NCBI GenBank assembly: GCA_051362555.1
Contig: CM120641.1
Location: 25,736,401 to 25,800,400, forward strand
Direction of reading: 5' to 3'
DNA: 64,000 nucleotides
Source: Lingula anatina
Taxonomy: Eukaryota > Animalia > Brachiopoda
Shown: positions 1 to 12,500 of the stretch, piece by piece
How positions within the stretch are numbered: position 1 is the stretch's first letter
Layout: each line of letters starts with the position of its first letter
Notes under the pieces: generated by a model
The model's input: only the letters and a program-made list of their open reading frames with translations
Database searches by the model: none
What the model was told of the DNA's origin: nothing
Position numbers and translations under genes: made by a program

Positions 1-58
1 TTGTGCATAGTTATTTCCTGTTTTTTGTCTGTACATTTGACAGCTTTGCTGCCTTGTT
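1..58 (+). mobile_element. 3' end of a Helentron-derived non-autonomous element (HINE family 1), truncated by the window edge
   Basis: TGTCTGTACA subterminal repeat + CAGCTTTGCTG hairpin + CTTGTT terminus, the same as the 3' ends at about 4603-4635 and 42699-42731. Confidence 0.7.
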
Positions 59-1484
59 CACTTATTGGCATTTTCAAGGTGTGACTTTGAAGTTCCATGA
101 TCCTGAAGACCTTTGCTTGTCACATTTCCTGAATATCCGTGATACTAATATTTTATAATTAAAAATTGATGGTCATTATGCTGTTAAACATTATGTAATG
201 TTGCATCAAAATTTGAAGAAACCCCTATTTTGGGCACTGCTCCCATGATGACCATTTAACAAAAATCATGTCAATTACTGTTCTCAAACTTACAGGAAAG
301 AAACATGGGTCTAAAATACAGCTTCAGTTGGCAATGCATACTGTTTGGTAATTTTTTCTGGCAATTAAACAGTTTTTTGTGAAAATTTAATTTTTCACAT
401 ATTGGCATTTCCAAGGTGCGACTTAGAACCTCCACGGGCTTGAAGACCCGTGCTAGTCACATTTTGTGAAAATCCATGACACTTATATTTTATTATTAAA
501 AAATCGATGGTCATTATGCTGTTAAGCATTATGTAATGTTGCATCAAAATAGCAGAAAACACAATTTTTGGTGCTGCTGCCTTGATGATCATTATGGAAA
601 AACCGTGTTACTTATGACTGTCAAACTTTCAAAAAAGAAACACAGGACTAAAATGCAGCCTGAGTTAGAAAAGCAGTCTAATTGGCTTCTTTTTCTGGAA
701 GTTATACATTTTAGTGTTATATTCATTATCTTTTTTGGCATATTCATTATGGGACTCGGAGCTCCCATGGACATGAAGCCAAATGGTAATCATATTTTCT
801 ACATGTCCATCCTATTTATAGTCAATAAACAAAAATTGGTGATAATTATTCTCTAATTTATTATGTAATGTTACATCAAAATTGACAATCTTTTTGCACT
901 GCTACTGCAAACATTATGAAAAGAAAACTGTGCTACTTATTATAATTTTAAACTTACAAGTACGATTTTTAGGATTGGCCTTCAGCTCAAGAGAAAACCA
1001 GCTCTATCGGATTATCATGTTTATTGTATTTATGCATTTTTTGTGAAATTTTCATTTTTCTCATTCTGGCACTTTCTAAGTATAAACTTGAACTCTGATG
1101 GGCCTGAAGCCTTATGCTTTTACTTTCGTCTGTGTTACCTGTTGTGCATAAGTTGATGTTGACTGTGCAGTTAAACATAATGTATTATTGCATCAGGATT
1201 GGTAGTCTCCTATTTTGGGCATTATGGTTTTGTGCTTTTCTTAAGGTGTGACTTATGGGCCTGAAGACCTTTGAGTGGGTCAGTCTGTAAATTACCCTTG
1301 GGTATCGCTAGATTAATTTCAGAGTTATAAAGTCATTTGCTTTAATAGGCCATTAAATGAGATTACGTAAAGCACACTTGTTGATATTTCCCTGTAAACT
1401 CCCAAAGGTAAAGCTCTTTGCTAGATTAATAATAAGGAAGCAGTGATAATTATGCAGGTAAATTTTGTTTAATATTGCAAATAA

Positions 1485-1488
<4 letters not shown>

Positions 1489-1549
<61 letters not shown>
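1489..1549. repeat. (TA)n microsatellite
   Basis: About 30 perfect TA units. Confidence 0.95.
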
Positions 1550-1551
<2 letters not shown>

Positions 1552-1595
1552 AACTGGAAGATTAAAAGTTTGAATAGCAGCTTCATTAGAATTAT

Positions 1596-1832
1596 ATTTA
1601 CCTCAAGCTCTGCCAAGGAGGTTATATTTTCACCCCTGTTTGTCTGTCATCCACATAACACAAAAAGTTATGGACTGATTTTGCAGAAATTTTCAGGAAC
1701 TGTCGGAAGTGGGCCAAAGAGGACAATGATTAATTTTTGGTGGTGGTCCGGATCAATAATCAATCAATTATCAATATAATCAACAATTGCTGCCTTGGCA
1801 GAGGTCTGCACTCTCAAAGTGCTTTTCTAGTT
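1596..1832 (+). mobile_element. Short Helentron/Helitron-N type element (HINE family 2) nested in HINE family 1
   Basis: Subterminal inverted repeats CTCTGCCAAGG (1608-1618) and CCTTGGCAGAG (1793-1803), 3' hairpin GCACT-ctcaa-AGTGC (1808-1822), CTAGTT end. Inserted in a T-run; the host is uninterrupted at about 41420-41450. Confidence 0.7.
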
Positions 1833-2004
1833 TTGTTGTTTTCCTTTATAATTTTTTCTCAAACACTTGCATTTGTGACTTTTAGCCCCAGGCAGGCTCT
1901 CATCTGCCTGGGGCTCTGCACATTTTCTGTATTTCTACATAAGCAGTTGTATTGTTTTTTATGTTTTTAAACATGATGTAATATTATTTTATGCACTGTC
2001 ATCA

Positions 2005-4635
2005 TTTTTATGTACAGACACAGATGTGTCTGTACATATTGCCATCACCTGCGTCTGTCGTCGCCGATGCCGTCGCCGATGCCGATGCCGATGCCGATGC
2101 CGTCGCCGATGCCGTGCACTTTCCTTGTAAACACGATAAGTGGAGGACAGTTTTACTTTTTGGCTTTATATTTACAGAGCTGATGAATATTCATAAAACG
2201 CAGGTCAAGTTCGAAAATCAGCATGATCGGGCCATTATTGTAGAACTTATGCTGTTTTTTTCACTTTTCAGCATATATACAACCCTGTAAACACATTTTA
2301 AGGAACACCGTTAGGCCTGTTGTCATGAAACTCACAGGAGTAATCAATCTTACTAAAACGCAGGTCAAGTTCGAAAATCGGCATGATCGGGCCATTACTT
2401 TAGAAGTTATGCTGTTTTTTCACATTTCCTCAGATTCAATTCTTAGGCATGTTAACAGTCTTATTATTTTACTAATAAGATACATAAAAGTGTTTGTTTG
2501 ACATTTCCTGAATCTTTACAAAATTGTTAGTTGATTATGTAAAAATGATGGTAAACTTGTTATCGTGTATTGTGTAATAAAGTGTCAAAAATGGAAATAA
2601 ACTCATATCATTGCAGTTTGTCAGATGCAATCATTCACTATGTTCAGAATCTCAGGATGGAGGAAATTGGACATTTAACACTGTTGTATTGATATTTTTC
2701 CCATCTCATCAATTTTCTTAGTTGATCGTATAAAAATGGCAGTAACCTGTTAATTTTGTTTATGTTAAAAAAATTGTTAAAAATGGAAAAAAAACATTTC
2801 AGAACAGTGCTGTCTTGTTTACATTTTGGCATTTTCAAGTTGTGACTTTGAAGTTCCATGGGCCTGAAGACCTTTGCTAGTCACATTTTCTGAATATCCA
2901 TGATACTAATATTTTATTATTAAAAATTGATGGTCATTAAGCTGTTTAACATTATGTAATATTGCATCAAAATTTGAAAAAAACTTATTTTGGGCACTGC
3001 TCCCATGATGACCATTTAAGAAAAACCATGTCACTTACTGTTCTCAAACAGTACAGTAAATATGTACAGATGTGTCTGTACATATTGCCATCACCTGCGT
3101 CTGTCGTGGCTGGCGTTGCCGTCACTGTCACTGTCACTGTCGCCGTGCACTTTCATTGTAAACGCGATAAGTGGAAGGCAGTTTTACTTTTTGGCTGTAT
3201 ATTTACAGAGCTGATGAATATCCATAAAACGCAGGTCAAGTCCGAAAATCAGCATGATCGGGCCATTATTGTAGAACTTATGCTGTTTTTTCACTTTTCA
3301 GCATATATGCAACACTGTAAACACATTTCAAGGAAAACCGTTAGGCCTGTTGTCATGAAACTCATAGGAGTAATCAATCTTACTATAACGCAGGTCAAGT
3401 TAGAAAATAGGCATGATCGGGCCACTATTTTAGTTATGCTTTTTTTTTTCACTTTTCAGCATATATGCAACACTGTAAACACAAAATAAGAAAAACAGAT
3501 AGGCCAATTGTCAGTAAACTCACAGGAGTGGTCATTCCTGCTAAAACGCAGGTTGAGTTTAAAAATCAGCTTAATTGGGCCATTATTTTGAAGAAATGCT
3601 GTTTTTTCACATTTCCTCAGATTTAATTCTTAGGCATGTTAACATGCATGTTTCATTATTTAATTAGTAAGATAAGTAAAAGTGTTTGTTTGGCATTTCC
3701 TGCATCTTTACAACATATGTAAAAATGATGGTAAACTTGTTATCTTGTATTGTGTAATAAAGTTTCAAAAAATGGAAATAAACTCATATCATTGCAGTTT
3801 GTCAGATTCAATCATTGACATTCACTATGTTCAGAATCTCAGAATGGAAGAAATTGGACATTTAACACTGCTCTATTGATATTTTTCCCATCTCATCAAT
3901 TTTTTTAGTTGATCATATAAAAACGGCAGTAAACTGTTAATTTTGTTTTATGTTAAAAATTGTTAAAAATGGAAAAAAAAAATTCAGAACAGTGCTGTCT
4001 TGTTTACATTTTGGCATTTTCAAGTTGTGACTTTGAAGTTCCATGGGCCTGAAGACCTTTGCCTAGTAACATTTTCTGAATATCCATAATACTCATCATT
4101 ATGCTGTTAAACATTATGTAATATTGCATCAAAATTTGAAAAAAAAAAAACTATTTTGGGCACTGCCCCCATGATGACCATTTAAGAAAAACCATGTCAC
4201 TTACTGTTCTCAAACTTACAGGAAAGAAACATGGGACTAAAATACAGCTTCAGTAGGCAATGCAGTCTGTTTGGTAATTCTTACTGCTAGTTAAACAGTT
4301 TTTTTGTGAAAATTTAATTTTTCACATATTGGCATTTTCAAGGTGTAACTTTGAAGTTCCACGGGCTTGAAGACCCATGCTAGTCACATTTTCTGAAAAT
4401 CCATGTATATTTTATTATTAAAAATTGACGGTCATTATGCTGTTAACCATTATGTAATATTGCATCAGAATAGAAGAAAACACAATTTTGGGTGCTGCTT
4501 GAGCATAATTAAAATTTGATGTTGAATTTGCAGTTTAACATAATGTACTTTTGCATCAGAATTGACAGTAGCCTATTTTGTGCATAGTTATTTCCTGTTT
4601 TTTGTCTGTACATTTGACAGCTTTGCTGCCTTGTT
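2005..4635 (+). mobile_element. HINE family 1 element, composite with a second head at about 3061
   Basis: 5' TTTTTA-TGTACAGACA-cagatg-TGTCTGTACA head, GC-rich microsatellite (GCCGAT/GTCACT), 2-3 copies of a ~160-bp core repeat per head, and a 3' subTIR + hairpin + CTTGTT. This is the established HINE/pearl-type architecture. Confidence 0.75.
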
Positions 4636-4950
4636 AAAAGATATTTGATCTTAGATACCAAATGTTGGAGAGCACTGATGACGGCTAAATGTTGTCACAT
4701 ACTGTCATTTTTCCTGAAGAGAGTCGGACTCTTTTGAAGTCCTTTTCTGTATTTTTATGGTCATTTAGTCTTGCTGCACTTAAGCACCATTACAGAACTG
4801 ATCAGACTTCATGAACAGTTTTCAATTAACCTCTTGCACAGTTTATTCACAGATAATGTACAAAAAAAGGACTCATACACATAAATTTTTATCCGACTCT
4901 TTCCACTGTCTCTTTTACATTAAATTAAAAATAATCTATCCAACTGTTTA

Positions 4951-7900
4951 TCATTTTCTTCCTCTTCTCTTTCCCTTTCCACCTCCACCACGTTTGGTAT
5001 CTTTGCCTTGTTTTCTCTTGATGCTTTTCTTTATGCTTTTTGCTTTCTTGGGTCTTTCTGAATTTGCTTTTTGCCTGAAATATGCAATCCATACAATGTG
5101 AACACACTCTGACTGAGCACAAAGCAGATGAATAAAGAATTAACAAACTTACAAGTGAGCAATTATCCCTCCCCTTTGAGGCGTAAAAAAACTTTCTAAA
5201 AATGTTTCCAAAGAGTCTTAAGTTTTACTTCTACTTAACATAAGATATTAACAATAATTTTCAAACAAAAATTAAAGTAACAAAGTCCCACACTACGTAA
5301 TCAAACATTCGTCCCCAGATGGACAAGCACAGTTTCAGCACAGTAGAAGACACTAAATACCTATGGGCGGCGGTTTATACAAAAATGCAAAACACGATTA
5401 GTCGTCATCGTTATCAGATCAGTCGAAATGAAAACACGATTTGTCGTCGTCGTTATCAGATCAGAAGGCAAAATACGACTAGTAGTCGTCAAAACGCAGC
5501 TAGTCATCAAAACGCAACTAGTCATCAAAACACAACTTGTCATCATCAAAACGCAACTAGTCATCATCAAAACGCAACTTGTCATCAAAACGCGATTTGA
5601 CGCCAGATGGCGCCCATTGTACGAAAATCTAGGCCAAGTCACATGATCCACAGTGATCAAAATGGCGGACGTTATTGAAGCAGCATTATCATATGCCTCG
5701 CTCGAACTCGAGAATTATCTCTACGCGTACAATCTAATAATGATATTATATATATAATAATATCTGGAACTTGTGAAATGAGTACAACAATAAAGCAGTG
5801 CTTCACAAGTGTGTGTTTTTGTTTTTTTTTTTATTTATAACATGTCCAAATTATTTAATAAATTATTTAATTATTTATTATTTCGAGAATTATCTCTACG
5901 CGTACAATCTAATAATGATATTATATATATAATAATATCTCGTACTCGAGATAATTCTCGAGTTCGAGCGAGGAATATGATAATGCTGCTTCAATAACGT
6001 CCGCCATTTTGATCACTGTGGATCATGTGACTTGGCCTAGATTTTCGTACAATGGGCGCCATCTGGCGTCAAATCGCGTTTTGATGACAAGTTGCGTTTT
6101 GATGATGACAAGTTGCGTTTTGATGATGACTAGTTGCGTTTTGATGATGACAAGTTGCGTTTTGATGATGACTAGCTGCGTTTTGATGACTAGTTGCGTT
6201 TTGATGACTAGTTGCGTTTTGACGACTACTAGTCGTATTTTGCCTTCTGATCTGATAACGATGACGACTAATCGTGTTTTGCATTTTTGTATAAACCGCC
6301 GCCCATAAATACCAATAAATTTATGCAGATGACTGCCTCACCTCTGTTGCTCTTCCTCCAACATATGCTGTTTCATGGCTTTTGTAACATTGACTGTGGG
6401 ATCTGCCTTTGCCATCTTGCTGAGAATATCGAGCTGTGCAGATTTTTCTTTTGACATATCTCCCACATTTGGTTCAAACTGAAATCAAATGAGGAGAAAA
6501 AAGAAACTAAATGGTAACCCTTTACACATGACATTTAACATTTTCTGCAGCATGTTTCTAATCCTCCTGAAGTAATCAAACATTTCAATTAGCTTACATA
6601 TTTGAAAAAATTACATTGCAGGTTTTATCTATAAGATTTTCCCCCAAAAGTTATATAAAAACAGAATATTAAAAAATATATCAAACATCAATTAAAGCTA
6701 TTAAAGAATTTACCTTTCTCTTTTTGCCTGTATTTTTGACAGGTTTTTCTTTCGGTAATGAGTCTGTAAACTTTCCTACTGATGCAGTGGACTTCTTGGC
6801 TAGCGCCAAAGCTTTTGACAAATGATCTTTGCTGGGGGTATCAGTGGGAGTGAGTCCAACTCCTGGAACTGCAATAACAAAATGTCTGGTGATTTTACAT
6901 ACAACAGATTTTTATATTTCTGCTGAGAAAAAAAAGCAAAATCAAGTGTAACAATCCAACACTTTGAATTATGATGATCCATTCCCAAGTTCAAATCATC
7001 TGAGTGTCAGTAGGGCCACAGTTTGTAATTATCAAACAAAGATCTAGGAGTTAACGTAACAGATCTTCTCTTTGTTTTTCTTTGAACTAACCTTTTAATT
7101 TACTAGCTCGTGCAATATTCCTCATCCTCTGCAACTCATTCTTGGCAACTCTCTCAGTTTTGGCTTTCTTTGCCTTTCCAAACTGATCTTCATAAGGATC
7201 TGCAATCAGCAAACAGTGGTATTTTTTAAGGCAATGGCTAAAATAATTCATCAAATATTTTACTTCTCTGGCAGAAGTACCGCACAAGTTGTGCCATTCT
7301 TTATGCTGTGAATTTCCATTTTCCATTCGCAAAATTTTCTAATGCAGATTTGAATATGATTTAAAAATGATGATATAGCTACCAGTTACATTTACATTTA
7401 CTTCTAAAGAAGTAACATTTATGATCAAGTCCCCCCAGCAGGGGTTTTCCCAGGATTTGGAGTACAGGGAGTCCAATGATGGTCTGTAATTTGTAATCCA
7501 GTCTTCTTTGAAAATACAGGTCATCTTTTGAGGCCGGAGGCTGTCCAAATGATGGCTGGACGGCTCTTTGTGAAAAGCCTTGCTCTCCAGACTTGCCTTA
7601 CCTGCATTGGCTGGCACCTCTAGGACCCATTCGTTTAGTTCATCATTGACACGACTCTGATAACCCCATGTCGGCCTCCAGTCCTGACAATGAGGAATTA
7701 ACATTCATGTAGTAAACACATAAAAGGTAGGGAAATGAGTGCTAATTATTATTTAAAGTTCCTACAAAATGAATGGCAATTGAACTATATAAAAACAGAT
7801 ACCACAACAAATTGAGTGACAGCTTTACTTAATATGAAAACATTCTATCATGTTATGAGGTATTATCTTTCTCACCTTTATCTCGTCATCCCATACTTTG

Positions 7901-8213
7901 CGCGCTTTCTTCTTGTTCTGAATACCTTTAAGTTTAGCATACTGTTGCCACTTTGTTTCTGGTTTAGGCTTTGGAATCTGGAAAATTTAAATTAAAATAA
8001 TAAATTATAAATTACTCATACATCTTACTGAACCAATCTTGATTTTTTTAATCTAAAAATTGTTTGAATAAAAATGAAAAATAATTCTCATATCCTTATG
8101 ACTGAACTTGTTTTAATGTTGGACAGTGTCATATGCAATATAAGTTAAAATGACAACATGATGCACAGTTTCTCACTCGATTCGCAGAAAAGAACCAAGT
8201 GTAAAAGGTAATC

Positions 8214-8266
<53 letters not shown>

Positions 8267-9394
8267 ACTCACTGGTTTTTCTCTGGGTAATATTGTCTTG
8301 GGGGCAGGAAGTTTAGCCACTATAGTGCCTTCCACCCTTTCCACAGGAAGCTAAGAAATTAAGATATCTAAATCAACTGAACAAGTGACTCATTGCATAC
8401 TTTTACAATATAAATATAAATTAAAAATAATAAAGTTACCATTATGATACATAAAATATTTCTTTGCCTGAAATAAAAATCTAAAACTGAAGATATTTTA
8501 CACATTTTCATGAGTTCTTTTTGAAAAGATTTGAATATATATCAAGTACTGTAGAAATCAGTGCTATCATCACACAGTATATACCAATACACACCTCCCA
8601 TATTCTGTTTATCAATAATTGTGCGTTGTCTCTTGCAAGGCTTATCAGATACTCATCTCTCTTTTCCCTGAATTAAAATATTATACTGATTAATACAATA
8701 TTATTATAATTGATACAATCAAAAATCTTGTTAATTAATTCAATTATAAATCAATCTAATTTTTTCAGTTATAATTTTAACTGACCAAAATTAAACGTAT
8801 GCATCCATAATTGTGCAAAACAGCTATGGACAGTTCTAGAGAGAGAAACACAAGACCCACGTCTCTCTTTAAATACTAGTTAGGATATTTTAGATTCCAA
8901 TCAAGAAGTCAACTTGACATAAGGTGATGAAACGTTATTTGATTGCAGGTGTGAGGAAGGGGTGGGTTAGAAGATTGGGAGGGGTGCATTGCACGTAACT
9001 GACTTTACAAGTTACAGCTAGTTCACCCAAGCCAGGGGAGGGGGGCTGGCAAACGGCATCTTTAGTTATAGAATACGCTAGCTCGGGGCAACTGCCCACC
9101 TAAATAAACACTGGGTTGGTAAAGTAGTTTAAATCTAGCCCACTTTTAGACCCTGAACTGAACCTGGGCCTGCAAATCTAGTGAAATGTTAGTAGCAGCC
9201 CAAAAAATTTTGGGCACAGACTGTTTGTGTCATATTCCTTACCGTAATTTCTTAGCATCTAGGGGATTTGGGTCGACTGCCAATAGGTTACCCGCATCTA
9301 TTTCCAAATCAATGTCTTTATGAACCTCTATGCTCTTATATTTTGATTCTTTCTCAGCAGCCTTCTGTAACACGCTTTCCACGAGGTCTGCCAT
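4951..9394 (-). CDS. RRS1: Ribosome biogenesis regulatory protein RRS1 homolog, 9 coding exons, about 336 aa
   Basis: Exons (minus strand): 9394-9243, 8667-8595, 8350-8273, 7977-7876, 7683-7602, 7199-7092, 6868-6714, 6478-6342, 5074-4951. All introns are GT-AG and the frame is consistent. Motifs DAGNLLAVD, LARDNAQLLINRIW, LPREKPIPKPKPETKWQQYAKLKGI, WRPTWGY, ERVAKNELQRMRN, STASVGKF, and a Lys/Arg-rich tail. AATAAA at 4842-4847 on the minus strand. Confidence 0.95.
5362..6307. mobile_element. Non-autonomous foldback DNA transposon, IS3EU-like, in RRS1 intron 8
   Basis: Inverted arms of about 400 bp (5362-~5765 and ~5882-6307), termini TATGG...CCATA, 6-bp direct repeat AATACC at 5356-5361 and 6308-6313, internal 18-21-bp tandem units (GTCATCAAAACGCAACTA). 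Confidence 0.75.
8215..8262. repeat. Compound (GT)n(GA)n microsatellite next to the RRS1 exon 3 donor
   Basis: Direct reading. Confidence 0.9.
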
Positions 9395-9583
9395 GTTGAT
9401 ATTGTCCTGCAAGTGCTACGATGGCTGTGATTGGTCAAACCATTTGCATCACCAATAGCCAGTCTTGAAACAAAACGAAACAAGGAAGTGAAAATCTGTC
9501 TGTGTGTACCTCCTTCCTGGTTTGGCAGAAGCAGACAAAATGTTGGGAATTTATAAGTTGTCACTGAGACCCAAGCACACATA
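9395..9583. promoter_or_regulatory. Bidirectional promoter between RRS1 and ARHGAP
   Basis: Only 189 bp between divergent ATGs. CCAAT boxes in both orientations (ATTGG about 9430, CCAAT about 9452) and ETS-like GGAAG cores in both orientations (about 9484 and 9512). Confidence 0.7.
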
Positions 9584-12500
9584 ATGCTAAAAAAGGATTA
9601 CTTTAGAAAAAATCTGCTTCGTGTGAAGCAGCTGGCAGATCAGGGGCTAGGAAGGTAAGTAGTTTGTTCAAAATTAATACAAATCAAATTTTGCTTTACC
9701 TGGATATTTTTGGAGAAAACTTCGGGGATCGTCGAGTGGATCGTGATCGCCATATGATGCATGAGTCATCGTGAAGCATTTCCAAACGGGCGGCTGTGCA
9801 GAGTTCTACTGAGAGACACACCTAAGCGGCATGCCGTCGCCAGCTATTCAGAGCACAAATAAGAATTAAAATTATTTGATTTTGTTAAAAAGTTTTAAGG
9901 GGCGTGGCGTATAGTAGGCCTGTGGTAAAGATTATTAGTAGTAGTATTTACTTCATAATCTCTCATAACTCCCCCTCGTTTATCTAGGTCGGGTCTATTG
10001 ATTGTATCTAGGCTCGGCCTAGTCATCACCCAGCATGTTGTTTGAGTTTCTTTAAGATTAGCTTTCTTGTAACTGTGAAACTGTTTGCCGAGTTTTGTAA
10101 AAGATGGGCGGATTAATAGCACACATAGTCATTGCAATGGAGTGTATAAGCATGACTTTGTATGGTGTACAATACTTAAATCAGCATGTTAGACATTGAC
10201 TGATTTACTCTTTAAATCACCAGCAGTGAATTGTAATTTTAATTATTGAAACAATACACAATGTTTACACATGTATTATTGATTTTATTGGCAAAAAGAA
10301 ATCTGCTATGAATAGTTTGTTTTTGATATCACACAAATACACCATGTAAACAAGGGGAGATTGAGGGCTATGATATATTACCTTATCAGGATATACAATA
10401 TTACAGTATTCCTTTCTCCTGATGTAATCATCTTAGGAATCCACAGAAACCACATTGTGCATTAGTGATAGACATATATAATATATCACTACATGCATGT
10501 TACATAAATCATTCAAATCATGCTTTAAGTGGTCACTAATGAACAGGAGGTTCATTTAGTGAATATATAGAATTTCCTCTTATCCAATGGGATTATTTGA
10601 TTTACTCCTATACCAGATGATATTTAGTGACTTAAGTACAGAAATTGAGGTATTAGCATTGTATCTAGATCCATATGCCAAAAATTTTTTGTTGTAGGTA
10701 AAACCATTTCTATATGCACTCAACAATAACCAGAAAATATGCACTTTGTGTTTTCAAAGATTTATGATTATTAAAACTTGAGATAACAGTCAGGCTGTGA
10801 ACATAAACAAGAATGTCTTCATGCCAACACCAGGATCTCATGCATCACCTGTGGAAAACACTCATCCACAAGACTTTATCAGATGCCCTCTTTGTTCATA
10901 TAATACGTACATGTACATACCCTTGTCAAAGATAATTTTATTTCACTTTCAGTAGCTTTCATTTTATAAAATCTAAAAATATATTCATGGGTTTGATTAA
11001 GTGATTATAACTGTCCTGATACGCATAGCCAGACAAAGCAGAAATTGCCAGATTAGAAAAATCATTGTAGATTAAAATCTGGTCACATCCTCATGAAACC
11101 TCAGTGACGTCACTTTGGTATCAAAATGGAAATATTGTAGTAAATATACTTTAAGCATGTGACATTTCGCTTTTGTTCTGAAATGAGGTCCAGAAATAGA
11201 AGTCTGTGTCAGGCAATGACTAAATTTATACTCTTATTTCTGAGTGGACTTACCTTGTATAGTATTTTTTAACCTTATTCTACACTTGTTTAGTTGTACA
11301 AAATGTAGATTAATTTATTGTTTCTTTTATTTCAAAATGTAGCATCGATTTTTGTCCAACATTTTGATTTAGGTAAATGCAGCACTTTTATGAATAAACC
11401 TTTTGGACAAGAGAGAGTTCTGCCTGATTGGTTTCAGATGTACATCAGACTGCTGTTAAAATGGGTGGATTTTAGCCTTAGAGATACAATAGATTGTCAA
11501 AACATGGTACATTATATCCTGGCTCTTTTTCGTTAATTTTGTATCAAGACTCTGGATGTGATTCTTGTATTTTAAATAATGTGAAAATTGTAGTGTTAGT
11601 ATATTACTCTAGTAGGATATGAAGTTGACGATTGAACTGACTCGTCTATCTGTATGTGATTCATCAGTGAAATCTTTCTATGTTTGGATCTCGGCAGCAA
11701 TGAAATAATTTACATTGGAACAGTTACAAGTTGTTTGACTGAAAACTCTTATATACAGGTCAGATATACACAGCCCTAACTGTGAGAAATTAGGGATGGC
11801 CTAGGAGTGCTTGTCCAGCTGCAGTAATGACTTCAGGTCTGACAGGCCAGCTCAAACCACTCAGCTCAATATTACAGTGACTAACAGAATAACTAATTAC
11901 TGCACTTGTGAAGTGTATGTTATGTTTACATGTGTGTGTATGCTTCTACAATTGTGCTTGCGATTGTGCTTGCATGTGTGAGTACCATGGGGTAATGAAT
12001 GCATCAGCGCTAATAGCCCATGCCTGGCTCTATTCAGCAGTGTTAAATTGTAGTTAGATGCTGTCCCATCCACCATTTTTCAATAAAATTCTAAGCTTTT
12101 TGACCGTCATTGAAAATATAGGCTGTCCAGTGTTGCCAGCGGCCGTCCAAATGACTGCTGGACGGTTCGCTGGGAAAACCCTTGGTTACTAGTAATATCA
12201 TCATGAAAAGTATACGTAGAAACTGTTGTTTGAAAGAAAGTCCAACTGTGAATTAAAAAATTGCAATTAACCCAATTAAAAGAAAACTGGAGCTAAGTCT
12301 CATTTGAGGAATAGAAATTTACCTCCACTGATACATTTTTCTATCCATAATGTCAATAATACATACCATTACTGACATTATGGATAAAAAAATGTATCTT
12401 TTAGAATAACAACAGACTTATGAGGTGTTTTGTAATTTTTTTTTTCTATACATGTATCAAAATACTCCATGGTGCAGTGGCAATAGGGAGAGCCAAGTCT

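Larger units (their letters stand above)
59..2004 (+). mobile_element. Internal fragment of an older HINE family 1 copy, acting as host for nested insertions
   Basis: 59-600 resembles 4010-4500 and 40560-40940; 1260-1590 and 1833-2004 resemble 41075-41590. Confidence 0.6.

Noticed and set aside
1991-3489. 99-aa and 175-aa ORFs with repeated QVKFENQHDRAII, also at 39874-40251
   Set aside because: They come from the HINE microsatellite and 161-bp core repeats, and frames are not preserved between copies.
4714-4739. CTGAAGA-GAGTC-g-GACTC hairpin resembling a hammerhead core
   Set aside because: The GAAA box does not follow stem II (TTTTGAAG instead).
5319-6308. Repetitive ORFs (MMTSCVL, HQNAT, VIKTQL repeats) on both strands
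   Set aside because: They are translations of 18/21-bp tandem units in the foldback transposon arms.
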